From: Nitrososphaeria archaeon
GTDB lineage: Archaea > Thermoproteota > Nitrososphaeria > JACIWG01
Direction of reading: 5' to 3'
Length of the DNA: 64,000 nucleotides
Assembly (NCBI GenBank): GCA_963752255.1
Contig: CAVVXT010000019.1
Coordinates: forward strand, 81,686 to 145,685
The notes beneath the pieces are model-generated. The model was given only the letters and a program-made list of their open reading frames with translations. It did not search any database and had not been told where the DNA came from. The translations under genes were made by a program, and so were the position numbers. Within the stretch, counting starts at the first letter, position 1. Each line of letters starts with the position of its first letter. This document shows, piece by piece, positions 29,746-39,997 of this stretch.

Positions 29746-31644
29746 CTATATTCTTGTATGCGCTTCTATACCAAGAATGCTCATCAAAGTTTTGAGAGCA
29801 TTCGCAAATGCGATTACCAGAATAAGCCTCTGCTCCTTCTTAGCTTCGTTCTTCTCATGCAAAACTGGATACTTTTCATAGAACGTGTTAAATAACAGAC
29901 AGATCGAATGTGTATACTCCGCCAATTTGTTTGTTTGGAGATTTTCTACGGAATCTTTTAGATTAGTGTCCATTTTGGACAACTCTTTAACAATCATGTA
30001 TTCTTCTATTCCATCTAATTCGGTTATGGAGAAACTCTTTTTGACCGGTTCCCCGTACTTTTCAATGATTCTTGATGCTCTTGCGAACGTGTACTGTAGA
30101 TATGGTCCTGTGTCACCTTCGATCTTCAGTACTTCGTTTAAGTCAAAGACTAGTATTTTTTTAAAGTCCTGTTTTACCAAACTGTACCTAATTGCTGAAA
30201 CTGCTAGGGAAGTCGAAATTGTTATCAGCCATTCTTCGTCAGCCTCAGGATTTCTCTGCTTACTCCCAATATACGCGAGTTTCTTCAGTTTTTCGAGAAC
30301 ATCATCTGCATTTATGTAGATACCCGCCCTTCCTGACATGTGGACGAAATCTTTATCTTCTACTTTAAGGCCCATTTCTTTAGCCGTATCTCTACTGAGT
30401 GACACAATTTCGTAACCTAGATGAATATAGTTTTTCTCTTTTCCTTTTTCTCCCAATTCTTTAAGGATGCTCGCTATTATCTTTTGAAGCCATGCTTGTC
30501 GAACATCAATCACGTTTATCGCGACGTCCGCGTTGTTGAAAGATGGATGACCTTTAACACCCTCTGAGAGGGTTGTTCTCCAAAGAACTCTTCCGTTTCG
30601 TTGTTTGAAAAATTCCACGTATTTAAAAAAGTCCTCTATCAGCCCAAGCTTCCAAGCCGCGTAAGGTATGTCTTTCGCAATATACGTCAGGGTGCCATCA
30701 CTCCTGATCAAAATTTTGTCTTGGTCGCCTCCACCTTTTATAATCCAGCACCCAGAGTTCTCTCCCTCCCCTTCATAACTGACAAGGTTATTGTCTTTCA
30801 TTTTTTGAAAAACCTCCTGCCACATCCCCGAAGTAAATATGTGTGATTCGAAGTTCAGACAGTCATAATATGCTCCTACGGCGGAACATGTTTTCAGCTG
30901 TTCTAGAAGAACACGCTCTGTAATAGCCTTTGAATAGGCAAAAATTTCAGAATCATGATCTTCCATTTCCTTTAAAACAACCCTTCTGTATTGTTCCGTT
31001 TCCGGCTTTTCTAAATAGATCTGATTCACTTTGACGTACACTTGATCTCCGCAATAGTGATCGAATTTTGTTTTGGGATCGGATGGATTTTCTGGGAAAC
31101 CGAGGAACCTGAAACCTACAATAATATCCGCCACCTGAAGCCCTGAGTCGTCAACGTAGTTTAGGACTGTGACATCATGGTTGGTGTACTTCAGAAGACG
31201 CTGAATCGTGTCTCCTATCACAACGTTCCGCATATGACCTATATGGAGCGCCTTATTGGGGTTGACACTGGTGTGCTCTACAATCACCTTTTTACCCTTT
31301 CCGACGTCGATGTAACCGGGTTTTTCTTCCATCATATTACATAAGGTCATTGTCAGAAACTTCGGTTTATCTACTCTAAAGTTCAAGTAGGCTGGAGGTG
31401 ATACAGATACTTCAGACACCAAATCATGCTTCACACCTCCCATCGCTGAATGCAGTTCCTCCGCTATTTCGAATGGCTTTTTTCTTGCAGTCTTTGCAAT
31501 ATCAAAGGCGATCGTAGAAGAGAGGTCCCCAAACTGAGGCCTTGGAGGCTCCTCTAATGGAATGTGACTTACCCTGTATCCCAGCTTATCAGCTGCCAGG
31601 GTAATGCTCTTCTCCACCTCTCTCCTAAAAGCTTCAAAAGCCAT
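29746..31644 (-). CDS. argS: Arginyl-tRNA synthetase
   Basis: HIGHMRNVVIGD class I motif, an N-terminal additional domain and a C-terminal DALR anticodon-binding region. 632 aa. Confidence 0.9.
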   Translation of the reverse strand: MAFEAFRREVEKSITLAADKLGYRVSHIPLEEPPRPQFGDLSSTIAFDIAKTARKKPFEIAEELHSAMGGVKHDLVSEVSVSPPAYLNFRVDKPKFLTMTLCNMMEEKPGYIDVGKGKKVIVEHTSVNPNKALHIGHMRNVVIGDTIQRLLKYTNHDVTVLNYVDDSGLQVADIIVGFRFLGFPENPSDPKTKFDHYCGDQVYVKVNQIYLEKPETEQYRRVVLKEMEDHDSEIFAYSKAITERVLLEQLKTCSAVGAYYDCLNFESHIFTSGMWQEVFQKMKDNNLVSYEGEGENSGCWIIKGGGDQDKILIRSDGTLTYIAKDIPYAAWKLGLIEDFFKYVEFFKQRNGRVLWRTTLSEGVKGHPSFNNADVAINVIDVRQAWLQKIIASILKELGEKGKEKNYIHLGYEIVSLSRDTAKEMGLKVEDKDFVHMSGRAGIYINADDVLEKLKKLAYIGSKQRNPEADEEWLITISTSLAVSAIRYSLVKQDFKKILVFDLNEVLKIEGDTGPYLQYTFARASRIIEKYGEPVKKSFSITELDGIEEYMIVKELSKMDTNLKDSVENLQTNKLAEYTHSICLLFNTFYEKYPVLHEKNEAKKEQRLILVIAFANALKTLMSILGIEAHTRI

Positions 31645-31753
31645 CTCTTTTCCTCATCTATCAGCTTCAGTCCATCTAAAAAACTTATCTTGGATCCTCC
31701 TTATCTAAGATATTTGACAGAATTTAATATTTAGACAACGATTCCCGAAGATT

Positions 31754-32014
31754 TTAGCCTTCGGCTTCATAGAATTTTTTTTCCACTACAGAAAGCGTGC
31801 CGGATCTGATTATTGTACGGTAATCCCTATCTAGGTCCTGTTTATGCAAATATTTCTTAATAAGCATCTCAAGTTCTTCCGTTTTAGTCCCACTGAAATC
31901 GATAGAATCGCCGTCAACCTTTCCCTCAACTTTTTTCCTCTCCCTGACAAATTCTTGGAAATCTGAAATCTTATCTTTCATCTTTCCAAATTTTACTATC
32001 GCCATATCGATCAC
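31754..32014 (-). CDS. Hypothetical small charged protein
   Basis: 86-aa K/E-rich ORF. No motif recognised. Confidence 0.3.
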   Translation of the reverse strand: MIDMAIVKFGKMKDKISDFQEFVRERKKVEGKVDGDSIDFSGTKTEELEMLIKKYLHKQDLDRDYRTIIRSGTLSVVEKKFYEAEG

Positions 32015-32150
32015 TGCACCACCAAGTCTACAGTCTACAGCCTTTATTAGCTTAAAGATAGGCCCCCTTTCTTTTTTCTGTTCAACTAAACTAGAACCAT
32101 CTATCTTAAGGACGGCGTAATCGTTTAAGACACGCGTCTATAATAAAATA

Positions 32151-33170
32151 TTACTTTAACCCGAGTTCCTTCCTTCTATCAATCGTTGCTTCGGCGTCGG
32201 CACCTGTGCTTATTATAGATACCGGCACCTTTACCTCTTTTTCAATATTTTCGACCATTTTCCTTGCATCTACGGGAAGCAATGAGAAATCTCTTAGATT
32301 CTTTGCGGCTGGAAACAGAATATCAAATTTCGTTACAGCCACCTGTGTCGCGGAATTCAACATCACCGCTCTTTTGGCCAGTTCAAAGTTGAAAGGCGCA
32401 CTTCTTCTGGTTCTCCCTGTGACGGTCGCTCTCTCCAACCACCCCCTCTTTTCAGCTTCCTGTTCTGACAGTTCTCCGGGAAGCTCCCCCCCACCCACAC
32501 GTGTAACGTAAGCCTTGAAGACTATTATAACGCTGTCTACGGCCTTCGGTCCTATTCCGATGTCAGAACAGATGGCTGAAGCTGTAACGTCTTTGGTTGT
32601 CACAAATGGATATGTGCCATGGTAGAGGGATATGTATGTACCCTGAGTTCCCTCAACATGAACGATCTCTCCATTTGATATTGCTTCATTGACCAGAAAA
32701 GAGACATCACCCGTATATTTGGATAGAGATGGTACATCTTTGGCAAGTCGAGCCACCCGCATTATCCTCTCCACATTCGCCGGCCCACATCCTGTACCCG
32801 TTGTCCCAATCTTTCCCTTCAAGTACGCGTCTGAGCGGTCTTTATCAACATCCTTTTCCTCTATAACACCACATTGTCTGTCAATAGTCAGCCTGTTGTC
32901 GACGTTAAACTGTTCTATTTCTTTCGTCAACACTTTAGGGTCGACGAGAACACCGGCTCCTATCATCAACTTCGTACTCTCATTTATCAGAGCACTTGGT
33001 AACATTCTCAACTTGCTTTCTATCCCTCTATAGACAACTGTGTGTCCAGCATTTGGACCAACACCCCCTCGTACTGCAATTTTTGGTTTGTCTTTAATGG
33101 CTAAATAAGAGACTATCTTACCTTTTCCTTCATCTCCATAGAAGCCTCCTACAATAACGGTGCAGGTCAT
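32151..33170 (-). CDS. purA: Adenylosuccinate synthetase (short archaeal form)
   Basis: VIVGGFYGDEGKGKIVSYLA P-loop and GTTGTGCGP motifs. 339 aa. Confidence 0.9.
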   Translation of the reverse strand: MTCTVIVGGFYGDEGKGKIVSYLAIKDKPKIAVRGGVGPNAGHTVVYRGIESKLRMLPSALINESTKLMIGAGVLVDPKVLTKEIEQFNVDNRLTIDRQCGVIEEKDVDKDRSDAYLKGKIGTTGTGCGPANVERIMRVARLAKDVPSLSKYTGDVSFLVNEAISNGEIVHVEGTQGTYISLYHGTYPFVTTKDVTASAICSDIGIGPKAVDSVIIVFKAYVTRVGGGELPGELSEQEAEKRGWLERATVTGRTRRSAPFNFELAKRAVMLNSATQVAVTKFDILFPAAKNLRDFSLLPVDARKMVENIEKEVKVPVSIISTGADAEATIDRRKELGLK

Positions 33171-33510
33171 ATTCTAACATTAAAAGGGAATAATAATAGA
33201 GTATAATAAGATTTGACTTCATTTTAGTTCTAATCCCTCTATCTCAGTCTTCCATAAAGATACTCGAAATTCGCGTAGAGATACTGCTGATTTACGTCTT
33301 CCCTACTGAGAAACTTTCAGTCACGGAAACAAGTTTACAAACAATATCTTTCATTCAATCTCTATAAGCTGCTTCTTAAAACAACCTTATCCTAAGTCCC
33401 GGCTCCTGGTGACAGATTTAAGTTAATACTTCATTGAATTTTATCGGGATAAGCACTTTAAAATGCCTAAAGATATAAAGATTAATCCTTAATGTATGTA
33501 GTGGAAAAAA

Positions 33511-34503
33511 ATGAAGGCATTCGGTAAAATTAACGAAAAAGATTTGAGAAAATATGTATTACCAAATTTAGGTGTAAAAGATGAGAATTTAATAGAATCT
33601 GCGGATGTCGGCGTCGACTTTGCGGTGTTGCAGAGCACAAACCAATATATTATCATCTCATCAGACCCGATTACTGGTGTTAGAAGGAACATAGGCTTGT
33701 ATGCGGTAAACGTAAACGCAAATGACGTGGCGACAAGCGGCAACAGGCCAAGATTTATGTTGAACGTTATACTCCTCTCACAGACTGAGAACGCCTCGTC
33801 ACTAGCTGAGATAACGAAAGAGATTGACAGGGCATGTAAGATTTTAGGCATCTCGGTTATAGGAGGCCACACTGAGACTACAAAAGGCATCAAACAGACA
33901 ATCCTTGTTATGACAGCCTTCACCTTTGCCAGCAGTTACGTTTCCTCAAAAAGAGCAAAGGAAGGGGACGTAATTTTGATGAGTAAAACCGCTGGCCTAG
34001 AAGGCACCAGTATCTTAGCTCATGAATACAGAAAGAACCTTAGTCACTTAGGTGAAAAAATGATTGAGAACGCCTTGAAGATGGTTGACCAAATAAGTGT
34101 CGTAAACGAAGCTGAAGCCGCTTTCAAAACCGGTTACGTACACGCTATGCATGACCCCACAGAAGGCGGTGTCCTAGGAGGCGTGTATGAAATGAGTGTA
34201 GCTTCGAAGCTGGGATTTATCATAGACAAAAATCTGATCCCAGTGGCACAAGAGACAAAGAAGATAAGTAAAGCCCTGCAGATCGATCCTTTAAAGCTGA
34301 TCAGTTCAGGGGTCCTACTTCTAGCCGTCGATCCAAAGGGCAAGGAGTATGTTATCGAAGCGTTAAAGGGCAAGGGAGTAGAGGTCAATGAAATAGGGTA
34401 TTTCATGTTGGGTGAAAGATTTCTTTTGTCAAATGGAAGGAGGTTGTTGGTTAAGGAGAGCCCTATTGACGAACTTTGGAGGATAAAGAAGAAGGATTTA
34501 TAG
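33511..34503 (+). CDS. AIR-synthase-related (PurM-like superfamily) protein, possibly thiamine-monophosphate kinase ThiL
   Basis: The two-domain PurM-like pattern (ADVGVDFAVL ... ISSDPITG ... NDVATSG ... GGHTE). The specific subfamily is uncertain. Confidence 0.5.
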   Translation: MKAFGKINEKDLRKYVLPNLGVKDENLIESADVGVDFAVLQSTNQYIIISSDPITGVRRNIGLYAVNVNANDVATSGNRPRFMLNVILLSQTENASSLAEITKEIDRACKILGISVIGGHTETTKGIKQTILVMTAFTFASSYVSSKRAKEGDVILMSKTAGLEGTSILAHEYRKNLSHLGEKMIENALKMVDQISVVNEAEAAFKTGYVHAMHDPTEGGVLGGVYEMSVASKLGFIIDKNLIPVAQETKKISKALQIDPLKLISSGVLLLAVDPKGKEYVIEALKGKGVEVNEIGYFMLGERFLLSNGRRLLVKESPIDELWRIKKKDL

Positions 34504-35280
34504 CCCGAAGCGTCTGCTTCTTTGCTGATAGATTCTAATCGCTCTCATTAGGTCTATCTTCCTAAAGTCAGGCCAGTAGGCATCAAAGAATATAAGTTCA
34601 CTGTATGCACTCTGCCACAAAAGGAACCCGCTGAGACGTTCCTCCCCCGAAGTTCTTATGACAATATCTGGTTCAGGGTTCGGTAGATGTGAAGTGTAAA
34701 GGGAGTTCCCTACTATTTCATTATCTATTTCTTCCACCTTCAGCTTCGAACTTGCAACATCTTCGGCAATATTCTTCACCATGTCAATAATTTCTTGTCT
34801 TCCACCATAGGCTATAGCGATATTCAAGAAGAAGCCGTTGTAATTGCTTGTTGAGTCTTCGATTTCTTTAATTAATTTCTGGAGAGTATCAGGAAGAAGT
34901 GAGAGTTTTCCGATAAATTTAATTTTGACCTTTTTTTCATGGAAATCCTTGACCTCTATCATCCTCTTGACATATTTTTCCATTAAACTGAGTATATGCG
35001 AAACTTCCTCTGAAGGCCGTTTCAGGTTTTCTGTAGATAAAACGTAAAGCGTTATAGTTTTTATACCTAAAGCTGCAGCCCAATCAAGAATTTCCTCGGC
35101 CACTTTAGCTCCGAAATTGTGCCCCAGGTTTGTCGTTAAATGTTTTTGCTTAGCCCATCTCCTGTTGCCGTCCAAGATGATGCCGACGTGAGATGGAATA
35201 ACTTTCCCCCTGATCTGCCGACTAAGCCAATATTCATAGATTTTATAGGCGCCTAAGACCTCCAAGGTTTTTTTAAGCAT
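34498..35280 (-). CDS. uppS: Cis-prenyltransferase (undecaprenyl/dolichyl-diphosphate synthase, UppS family)
   Basis: HVGIILDGNRRWAK motif. 260 aa. Confidence 0.85.
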   Translation of the reverse strand: MLKKTLEVLGAYKIYEYWLSRQIRGKVIPSHVGIILDGNRRWAKQKHLTTNLGHNFGAKVAEEILDWAAALGIKTITLYVLSTENLKRPSEEVSHILSLMEKYVKRMIEVKDFHEKKVKIKFIGKLSLLPDTLQKLIKEIEDSTSNYNGFFLNIAIAYGGRQEIIDMVKNIAEDVASSKLKVEEIDNEIVGNSLYTSHLPNPEPDIVIRTSGEERLSGFLLWQSAYSELIFFDAYWPDFRKIDLMRAIRIYQQRSRRFGL

Positions 35281-35291
35281 GAATCCTGCAC

Positions 35292-36404
35292 CTATTTATC
35301 TTTCCTTCTCACTATTTTTAAGTAAGCGAACGATAGCAATAAAAATAACAGGGACAGACCTATTAAAAGTGTTGAAACTACCGAGAATGGGTTCCTGTTA
35401 GGATCTATAAGTATTTGAGAAAGCTCGATGAACGGGAAGTACAATAGCACCAACATCACAATACCTACAGTGTATCTGAAGGCTCTGTAGAGACTTTCCC
35501 TAATGAAGGTGTAGAGAATGTTTCCGGCATAGTATATGCCAACTCCTATCCAAACGAATAGGAGAGCATTCTCTATCATTATGCCAGACAAGAATGAGAG
35601 GTTCTCAAGCAGTTTTGAAGGGTCACCGGCAACGATCTTGAACTCTTCAGTAACGCTGAGCCCTACGAAACCTCTATAGAAACCTACAACACACAGCAGA
35701 ATCATACTAAGTACAGAAAAGACCCTGATGTAGCTTGATGTGTTAAGCTTTCTAACGTTTCCGAGAAGCGTGTCAACTCCGAAGCCTCTTATTATTAGAA
35801 GGACACCAAGAAAGAAAAGTGCACCTATCACTGCTTGGTTCACAAACCCTATTAGAACTAGGCCCGCAAACATCAGCAAGAAGAGCCCTGGGAAACCAAG
35901 AAAATACTTTGAATATCGGGGGTCAAACACAACCATCTTAAGATATTTGCCTAGTACCGCGTAAGATTCTTCGACTCTTTCACTGTGTTTTATAATTACT
36001 CTCCTAATAGAAAAAATCGGTATAATAGTTTGAAATATAGGTACGAGGGTTTCATCCTCGAAACCATCACTTACGAAGATTACACCTTCTGCCGGGAATC
36101 TTTCCCTTACTTGCATAAGCTCTTGGCGGATTTTTGTATCAGATTCAACTCCTCCTCCAAAGGTGCCAGTGATAACCGAAACCTCCACATCATGACCTTG
36201 GAGCTTGAGCACATCATGTTCTTTTACCGCAGCGAAGATTGCGTTTGCGTCAGCTTCTTCGGGGTCAGACAGCGCAAGTGCTTCAGCAGCATTGAGACAT
36301 GCAGCCCTTCCGATGATAGGGGAGGCAATCTGGGTTTTTTCGTACAAATCGTTGTCCCTATCAACACATAATACAAGAAGCTTTGCTGGCGCTGCGCTAA
36401 TCAT
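35292..36404 (-). CDS. Membrane protein with an N-terminal soluble domain (DUF373-like?)
   Basis: About 130 aa of soluble N-terminal domain, then six or seven TM helices. The family guess is weak. Confidence 0.4.
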   Translation of the reverse strand: MISAAPAKLLVLCVDRDNDLYEKTQIASPIIGRAACLNAAEALALSDPEEADANAIFAAVKEHDVLKLQGHDVEVSVITGTFGGGVESDTKIRQELMQVRERFPAEGVIFVSDGFEDETLVPIFQTIIPIFSIRRVIIKHSERVEESYAVLGKYLKMVVFDPRYSKYFLGFPGLFLLMFAGLVLIGFVNQAVIGALFFLGVLLIIRGFGVDTLLGNVRKLNTSSYIRVFSVLSMILLCVVGFYRGFVGLSVTEEFKIVAGDPSKLLENLSFLSGIMIENALLFVWIGVGIYYAGNILYTFIRESLYRAFRYTVGIVMLVLLYFPFIELSQILIDPNRNPFSVVSTLLIGLSLLFLLLSFAYLKIVRRKDK

Positions 36405-36491
36405 CTAACACATATAGAATATGATAAATTAAAAACTTTGCATTTTCTATTAAAACATTATGTGCAGACAAACTGAGTGCTTTTGGCTACA

Positions 36492-37037
36492 CTAATATTC
36501 GATACCCTTTCGGGCTTTAACACCCTGGTAAAACGGATGTCGAATAGCGTTAATGAATACGACATATTCTGCAGCGTCATATAATTCCTTTGGCGCATTT
36601 CTTCCAGTCAAAACCAGTTCAATATTTTTTGGTTTTGATCTTACAAGTTCAAGGACCTCCTCTTTTTTTAGTAATCCGAATTCGATCGCGACGTTGACTT
36701 CATCTAAAATCAAAAGATCAACATCTCCTGAGGATATAACTTTCTTTGCGAACTTTAATCCCTTCTCTGCAACAAGCCTGTCCTTGGACGAATACTTTCC
36801 CTTCTCAAGAAAGGGACCTGTACCAAATTGTTTAACCGTCACATTCTTGCACCCTTTAAGGAAGAACAGTTCACCATATCTTTCTTCTGTTCGATCGTTT
36901 TTCATAAACTGTACTAGGCAAACTCTTAATCCGTTACCAAGAGCTCTGACTGCGAGACCTATCGCAGAAGTAGTTTTACCGGGCCCGTCTCCGGTTACTA
37001 AGTGAACATAGCCCTTTCTTAATCGGTGTCTCTTCAT
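36492..37037 (-). CDS. Cob(I)alamin adenosyltransferase (CobA/CobO/BtuR family)
   Basis: YVHLVTGDGPGKTTSAIGLAVRALGNGLRVCLVQFMK matches the CobO P-loop region. 181 aa. Confidence 0.75.
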   Translation of the reverse strand: MKRHRLRKGYVHLVTGDGPGKTTSAIGLAVRALGNGLRVCLVQFMKNDRTEERYGELFFLKGCKNVTVKQFGTGPFLEKGKYSSKDRLVAEKGLKFAKKVISSGDVDLLILDEVNVAIEFGLLKKEEVLELVRSKPKNIELVLTGRNAPKELYDAAEYVVFINAIRHPFYQGVKARKGIEY

Positions 37038-37095
37038 TGTATTAGGAGATGCTACAGATTAGAATATTAATCTTTGGTCATTTAATTAAAAACTA

Positions 37096-37783
37096 CTACT
37101 CCTCTTCGCCGTACAACAGTTGAAGCTCTTGAAAGGTTAGTCCTTCTCCCTTTTCAAATTTCTTTTTCAACTCCTCCCGAATTATCGCTTTTCTCCTTTC
37201 AAGACCCCTTTGATAATGATTGGTCTCCTTTTCTCTTATCTTGCTAATCACAATCTTCTTTTGAGACAGCAGATTGTTTATTTCTGATTGGACACTTTCG
37301 ATTTCGGTCTGGAGAGTTGTAATCTTCTCGAATGACGTGTTCTGCTCTTTTACCGAAGAGTTCAGTGTTTCCTTGGCTTGCTTAATTTCTTCCTTAAGAT
37401 TTTCAAGCTTAGCCCTAGTCGTATCTAGTTCTTCGTTTATGTCGTCTATCTGCTCGCTCTTCTCCTCTATAGCCTTTTTAAGGTTCCTTATTCCTTCGTC
37501 TTTTTCAAAAGCTTTCTTCTTGCCAGCAAGCTCCCTTCTCACTTTGTTTGCCTCCTCCCCGTACTTAAGTTCAAGACCCTTAGCTTTAGGCTCTGTCTGC
37601 AACTTCCATTCTATGCTTCCTAATTTTTTCTCCAATCCGTTTATCTCCTCAAGGCTAGGTCTTCTAGTTGTACCCTTTAGTGGTGTGAGTTTCTTGTTCA
37701 AGGATGAACGTCCTTCTGTGTTTTCTAAAATTAATTTCCGTTTCAATTCGATGAGCTCATTAAAGCGTTTGTCTAGGTTTTTC
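37096..37783 (-). CDS. K/E-rich coiled-coil protein, C-terminal part
   Basis: Long heptad-like K/E repeats. The frame stays open upstream of the annotated TTG start, as far as 37783. Confidence 0.5.
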
Positions 37784-38105
37784 TAGTTGAATAAAGGTCG
37801 TTTATTTTCTTCTTTTGCGCCCAAATCGTGCTTCTAAGAGACTCAACCTTATTTCTCATGGTATTAAACTCGTTAATAAAATCCCTTTTCTTATTGAAGA
37901 GGACTTGAATGTTCTCGCTTAATTCGACAATTTCTGTTGCAGGCTCCAATTTGCTCGTTCGCCTAGACCAACCCAACATACATAAATAAATCATTTGTTT
38001 TTTAGGGACATGCAGCTTGCAGATTGCTCTTGATATGAGCTGTTTTTGCAAAAAGGGTAAACATACTTTCCTATGATCAAAGTTATTCGATAAACTCTTC
38101 TCCAC
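37773..38105 (-). CDS. Coiled-coil protein, N-terminal part; probably the same gene as 37096-37783
   Basis: It ends ...KKKINDLYSTRKT*. The downstream frame continues KNLDKRFNELIELKRK. A frame change at the T5 run (37778-37782) joins them. Confidence 0.4.
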   Translation of the reverse strand: MEKSLSNNFDHRKVCLPFLQKQLISRAICKLHVPKKQMIYLCMLGWSRRTSKLEPATEIVELSENIQVLFNKKRDFINEFNTMRNKVESLRSTIWAQKKKINDLYSTRKT

Positions 38106-38841
38106 CTCTCAAAATGTTGGATATAGCTGATGCAAGATTGAGCATCCCGTTCCATGTTACTGATGATATAGGGATTGGAGTAGGAATAAGAGATAGTTTT
38201 GAAAAAGCCTTGAGTATTTCGTTCCCTATCAGATATCTTTCGCTGTTTTTTTCATTGGACATGTCTTCTTCTAGCAATTTACTGTTGGCGCACCAGCCCA
38301 TTATTTTTCTTGTTAGAATCTTACTCAAATCCGTTTTTGTCAGAACAGAGAGTTGTGGGAGGTTAAGTCTAAGCTTCAACGAGTTATACAAAAGAGTCGT
38401 GGAAAGAAAGTTAAACGGGGATGAGGCGATAGTAAAGTCGAATAGGAACAGCACAACCTTGTTTTCTCCACCTAAGTTGTTCACAACGTACGGCCCACTT
38501 TCTCGGAAAGCGAAGAGTTCAAGTTGGCCAGGTGTATCAACTACAATGTAGTCAGCTTTCTGCTCCTCCAGCTCTTCTTTTATATTATTCAGACTTACAG
38601 CTATCATGTCTGAGGCTGCAACAAGGGCACCATTTGGCCCAAGCCCGTATTCTTCCATAACTTTCTGGACACTAATATAGTCTCTGATGTCGACATCCGG
38701 TTCATACGGCAACTTTAATACACCTGGATCTAGGTTTAAGGTTATGACGTCTGCTTCACGTTCCTGATACCATTTCTTTAACACCGAAGTCAAAGTAGAT
38801 TTTCCAGAGCCAGCTGTCCCGGTCAAGAATATTAGGTACAT
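38083..38841 (-). CDS. GPN-loop GTPase (XAB1/Npa3 family)
   Basis: Walker A GTAGSGKST and the GPN motif GLGPNGA. 252 aa. Confidence 0.85.
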   Translation of the reverse strand: MYLIFLTGTAGSGKSTLTSVLKKWYQEREADVITLNLDPGVLKLPYEPDVDIRDYISVQKVMEEYGLGPNGALVAASDMIAVSLNNIKEELEEQKADYIVVDTPGQLELFAFRESGPYVVNNLGGENKVVLFLFDFTIASSPFNFLSTTLLYNSLKLRLNLPQLSVLTKTDLSKILTRKIMGWCANSKLLEEDMSNEKNSERYLIGNEILKAFSKLSLIPTPIPISSVTWNGMLNLASAISNILRGGEEFIE

Positions 38842-38911
38842 CGAACTATATGGTATAAATTGCTTTGTTATTAATTCTTAGGGTCATCGCCTTCTAAAAT
38901 CTTAAGGCAAC

Positions 38912-39679
38912 TTATGATCTAACATATTGTCGAAAGCAGTCAGATATTATCTTCGCTGCTTCTTTAACGTGGTCAACCGCCTTATCCGATAAAACGTCGT
39001 AGACGTAAATGTGTAGAATAATATAATATTTCCCCCCTCGCAGCCTAGGATGGGATTTTACGTAGATGTCCTTATACTTTGAAGCTATTTCTTTGATGCT
39101 TTGCGCAAGTCCAGATTCCCCTATACCATCCATAATGATCTTCTTTTGATAGTATCTTCCAAGATTTGGCAGAACTTTTGGGACGTAGTTTTTTATCATA
39201 CCTTTCATTTCTATTGGAACACCCGGCATCACAAATATTCTCAAGCCATCACTGATGATATCAGAACCCGGTGCAGCTCCTCTCTCGTTAGGTATTATAA
39301 TACAACCCTTAGGTAGAACCGCCATTTTCCTTGAAGCTTCATTGAATAAATGTCCCCTTGCCGCTGCCCTAGCTTTGAGTTTCAGAACTATTTCTTCATC
39401 GACGTAGATTTCGAGGTTCAGGGCTTTAGCTACGCTCTCAATAGTGATGTCGTCGTATGTAGGCCCCAAGCCCCCGGTTGTAAACAAGTAGTTTACATTC
39501 TCCCTTTTAGCTTCTAAGATTACATCCGCGATTGCTTTACAATCATCCCTTACACATATTATTCGATCTACAAAATATCCTTTCCTTCTCAGAAACTTCG
39601 CTATGTACGACGCGTTAGTGTTCACGACGTCTCCAATTAACAGTTCATTTCCTATGCCGATTATTCTACAAACACTCAT
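38912..39679 (-). CDS. cinA: CinA-like competence/damage-inducible protein (MoCF-binding domain)
   Basis: IGIGNELLIGDVVNTNASYIAKFL and TTGGLGPTYDDIT motifs. Confidence 0.75.
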   Translation of the reverse strand: MSVCRIIGIGNELLIGDVVNTNASYIAKFLRRKGYFVDRIICVRDDCKAIADVILEAKRENVNYLFTTGGLGPTYDDITIESVAKALNLEIYVDEEIVLKLKARAAARGHLFNEASRKMAVLPKGCIIIPNERGAAPGSDIISDGLRIFVMPGVPIEMKGMIKNYVPKVLPNLGRYYQKKIIMDGIGESGLAQSIKEIASKYKDIYVKSHPRLRGGKYYIILHIYVYDVLSDKAVDHVKEAAKIISDCFRQYVRS

Positions 39680-39703
39680 TTCTTTTATCCCTTCTAGACG
39701 AAA

Positions 39704-39931
39704 TTATTTCTTTGAGAGCCACCAACTCAAGACTTCATTTTGTCGTCTTTTCTTCTTATCCTTATCAGAATCTTCATGTGCTTTGTCCCGTAAATCTTGA
39801 AGTTGCTCCTTTGTGGCGTAAAGACCACACGATTTACAAAGATACTTCTTCGTCGAGACTTCATAAGTTAATATTGCCCCGCATTCAGGGCATCTTTCAA
39901 CCAAATCCCACCTACACCAAATAGACTTCAA
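39704..39931 (-). CDS. Small Cys4 zinc-ribbon protein with a basic tail
   Basis: CPECGA ... CKSCG followed by a Lys/Arg-rich C-terminus. 75 aa. Confidence 0.45.
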   Translation of the reverse strand: MKSIWCRWDLVERCPECGAILTYEVSTKKYLCKSCGLYATKEQLQDLRDKAHEDSDKDKKKRRQNEVLSWWLSKK

Positions 39932-39997
39932 TCCAGCCTGTTAAAAAAGGTTGATTATTTTTATATAACCTAAACATAAAAACTTTCAGAAGCATCT

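Noticed and set aside
33171-33510. A riboswitch or leader RNA in the 340-nt spacer between purA and the PurM-like gene
   Set aside because: I could not recognise any conserved riboswitch core, and riboswitches are rare in archaea. The region simply separates divergent promoters.
37096-38841. Programmed translational frameshifting in the coiled-coil gene upstream of the GPN GTPase
   Set aside because: The shift site is a plain T5/A5 homopolymer with no slippery heptamer plus structure. Four other genes show the same kind of homopolymer indel, so error or decay is the simpler explanation.
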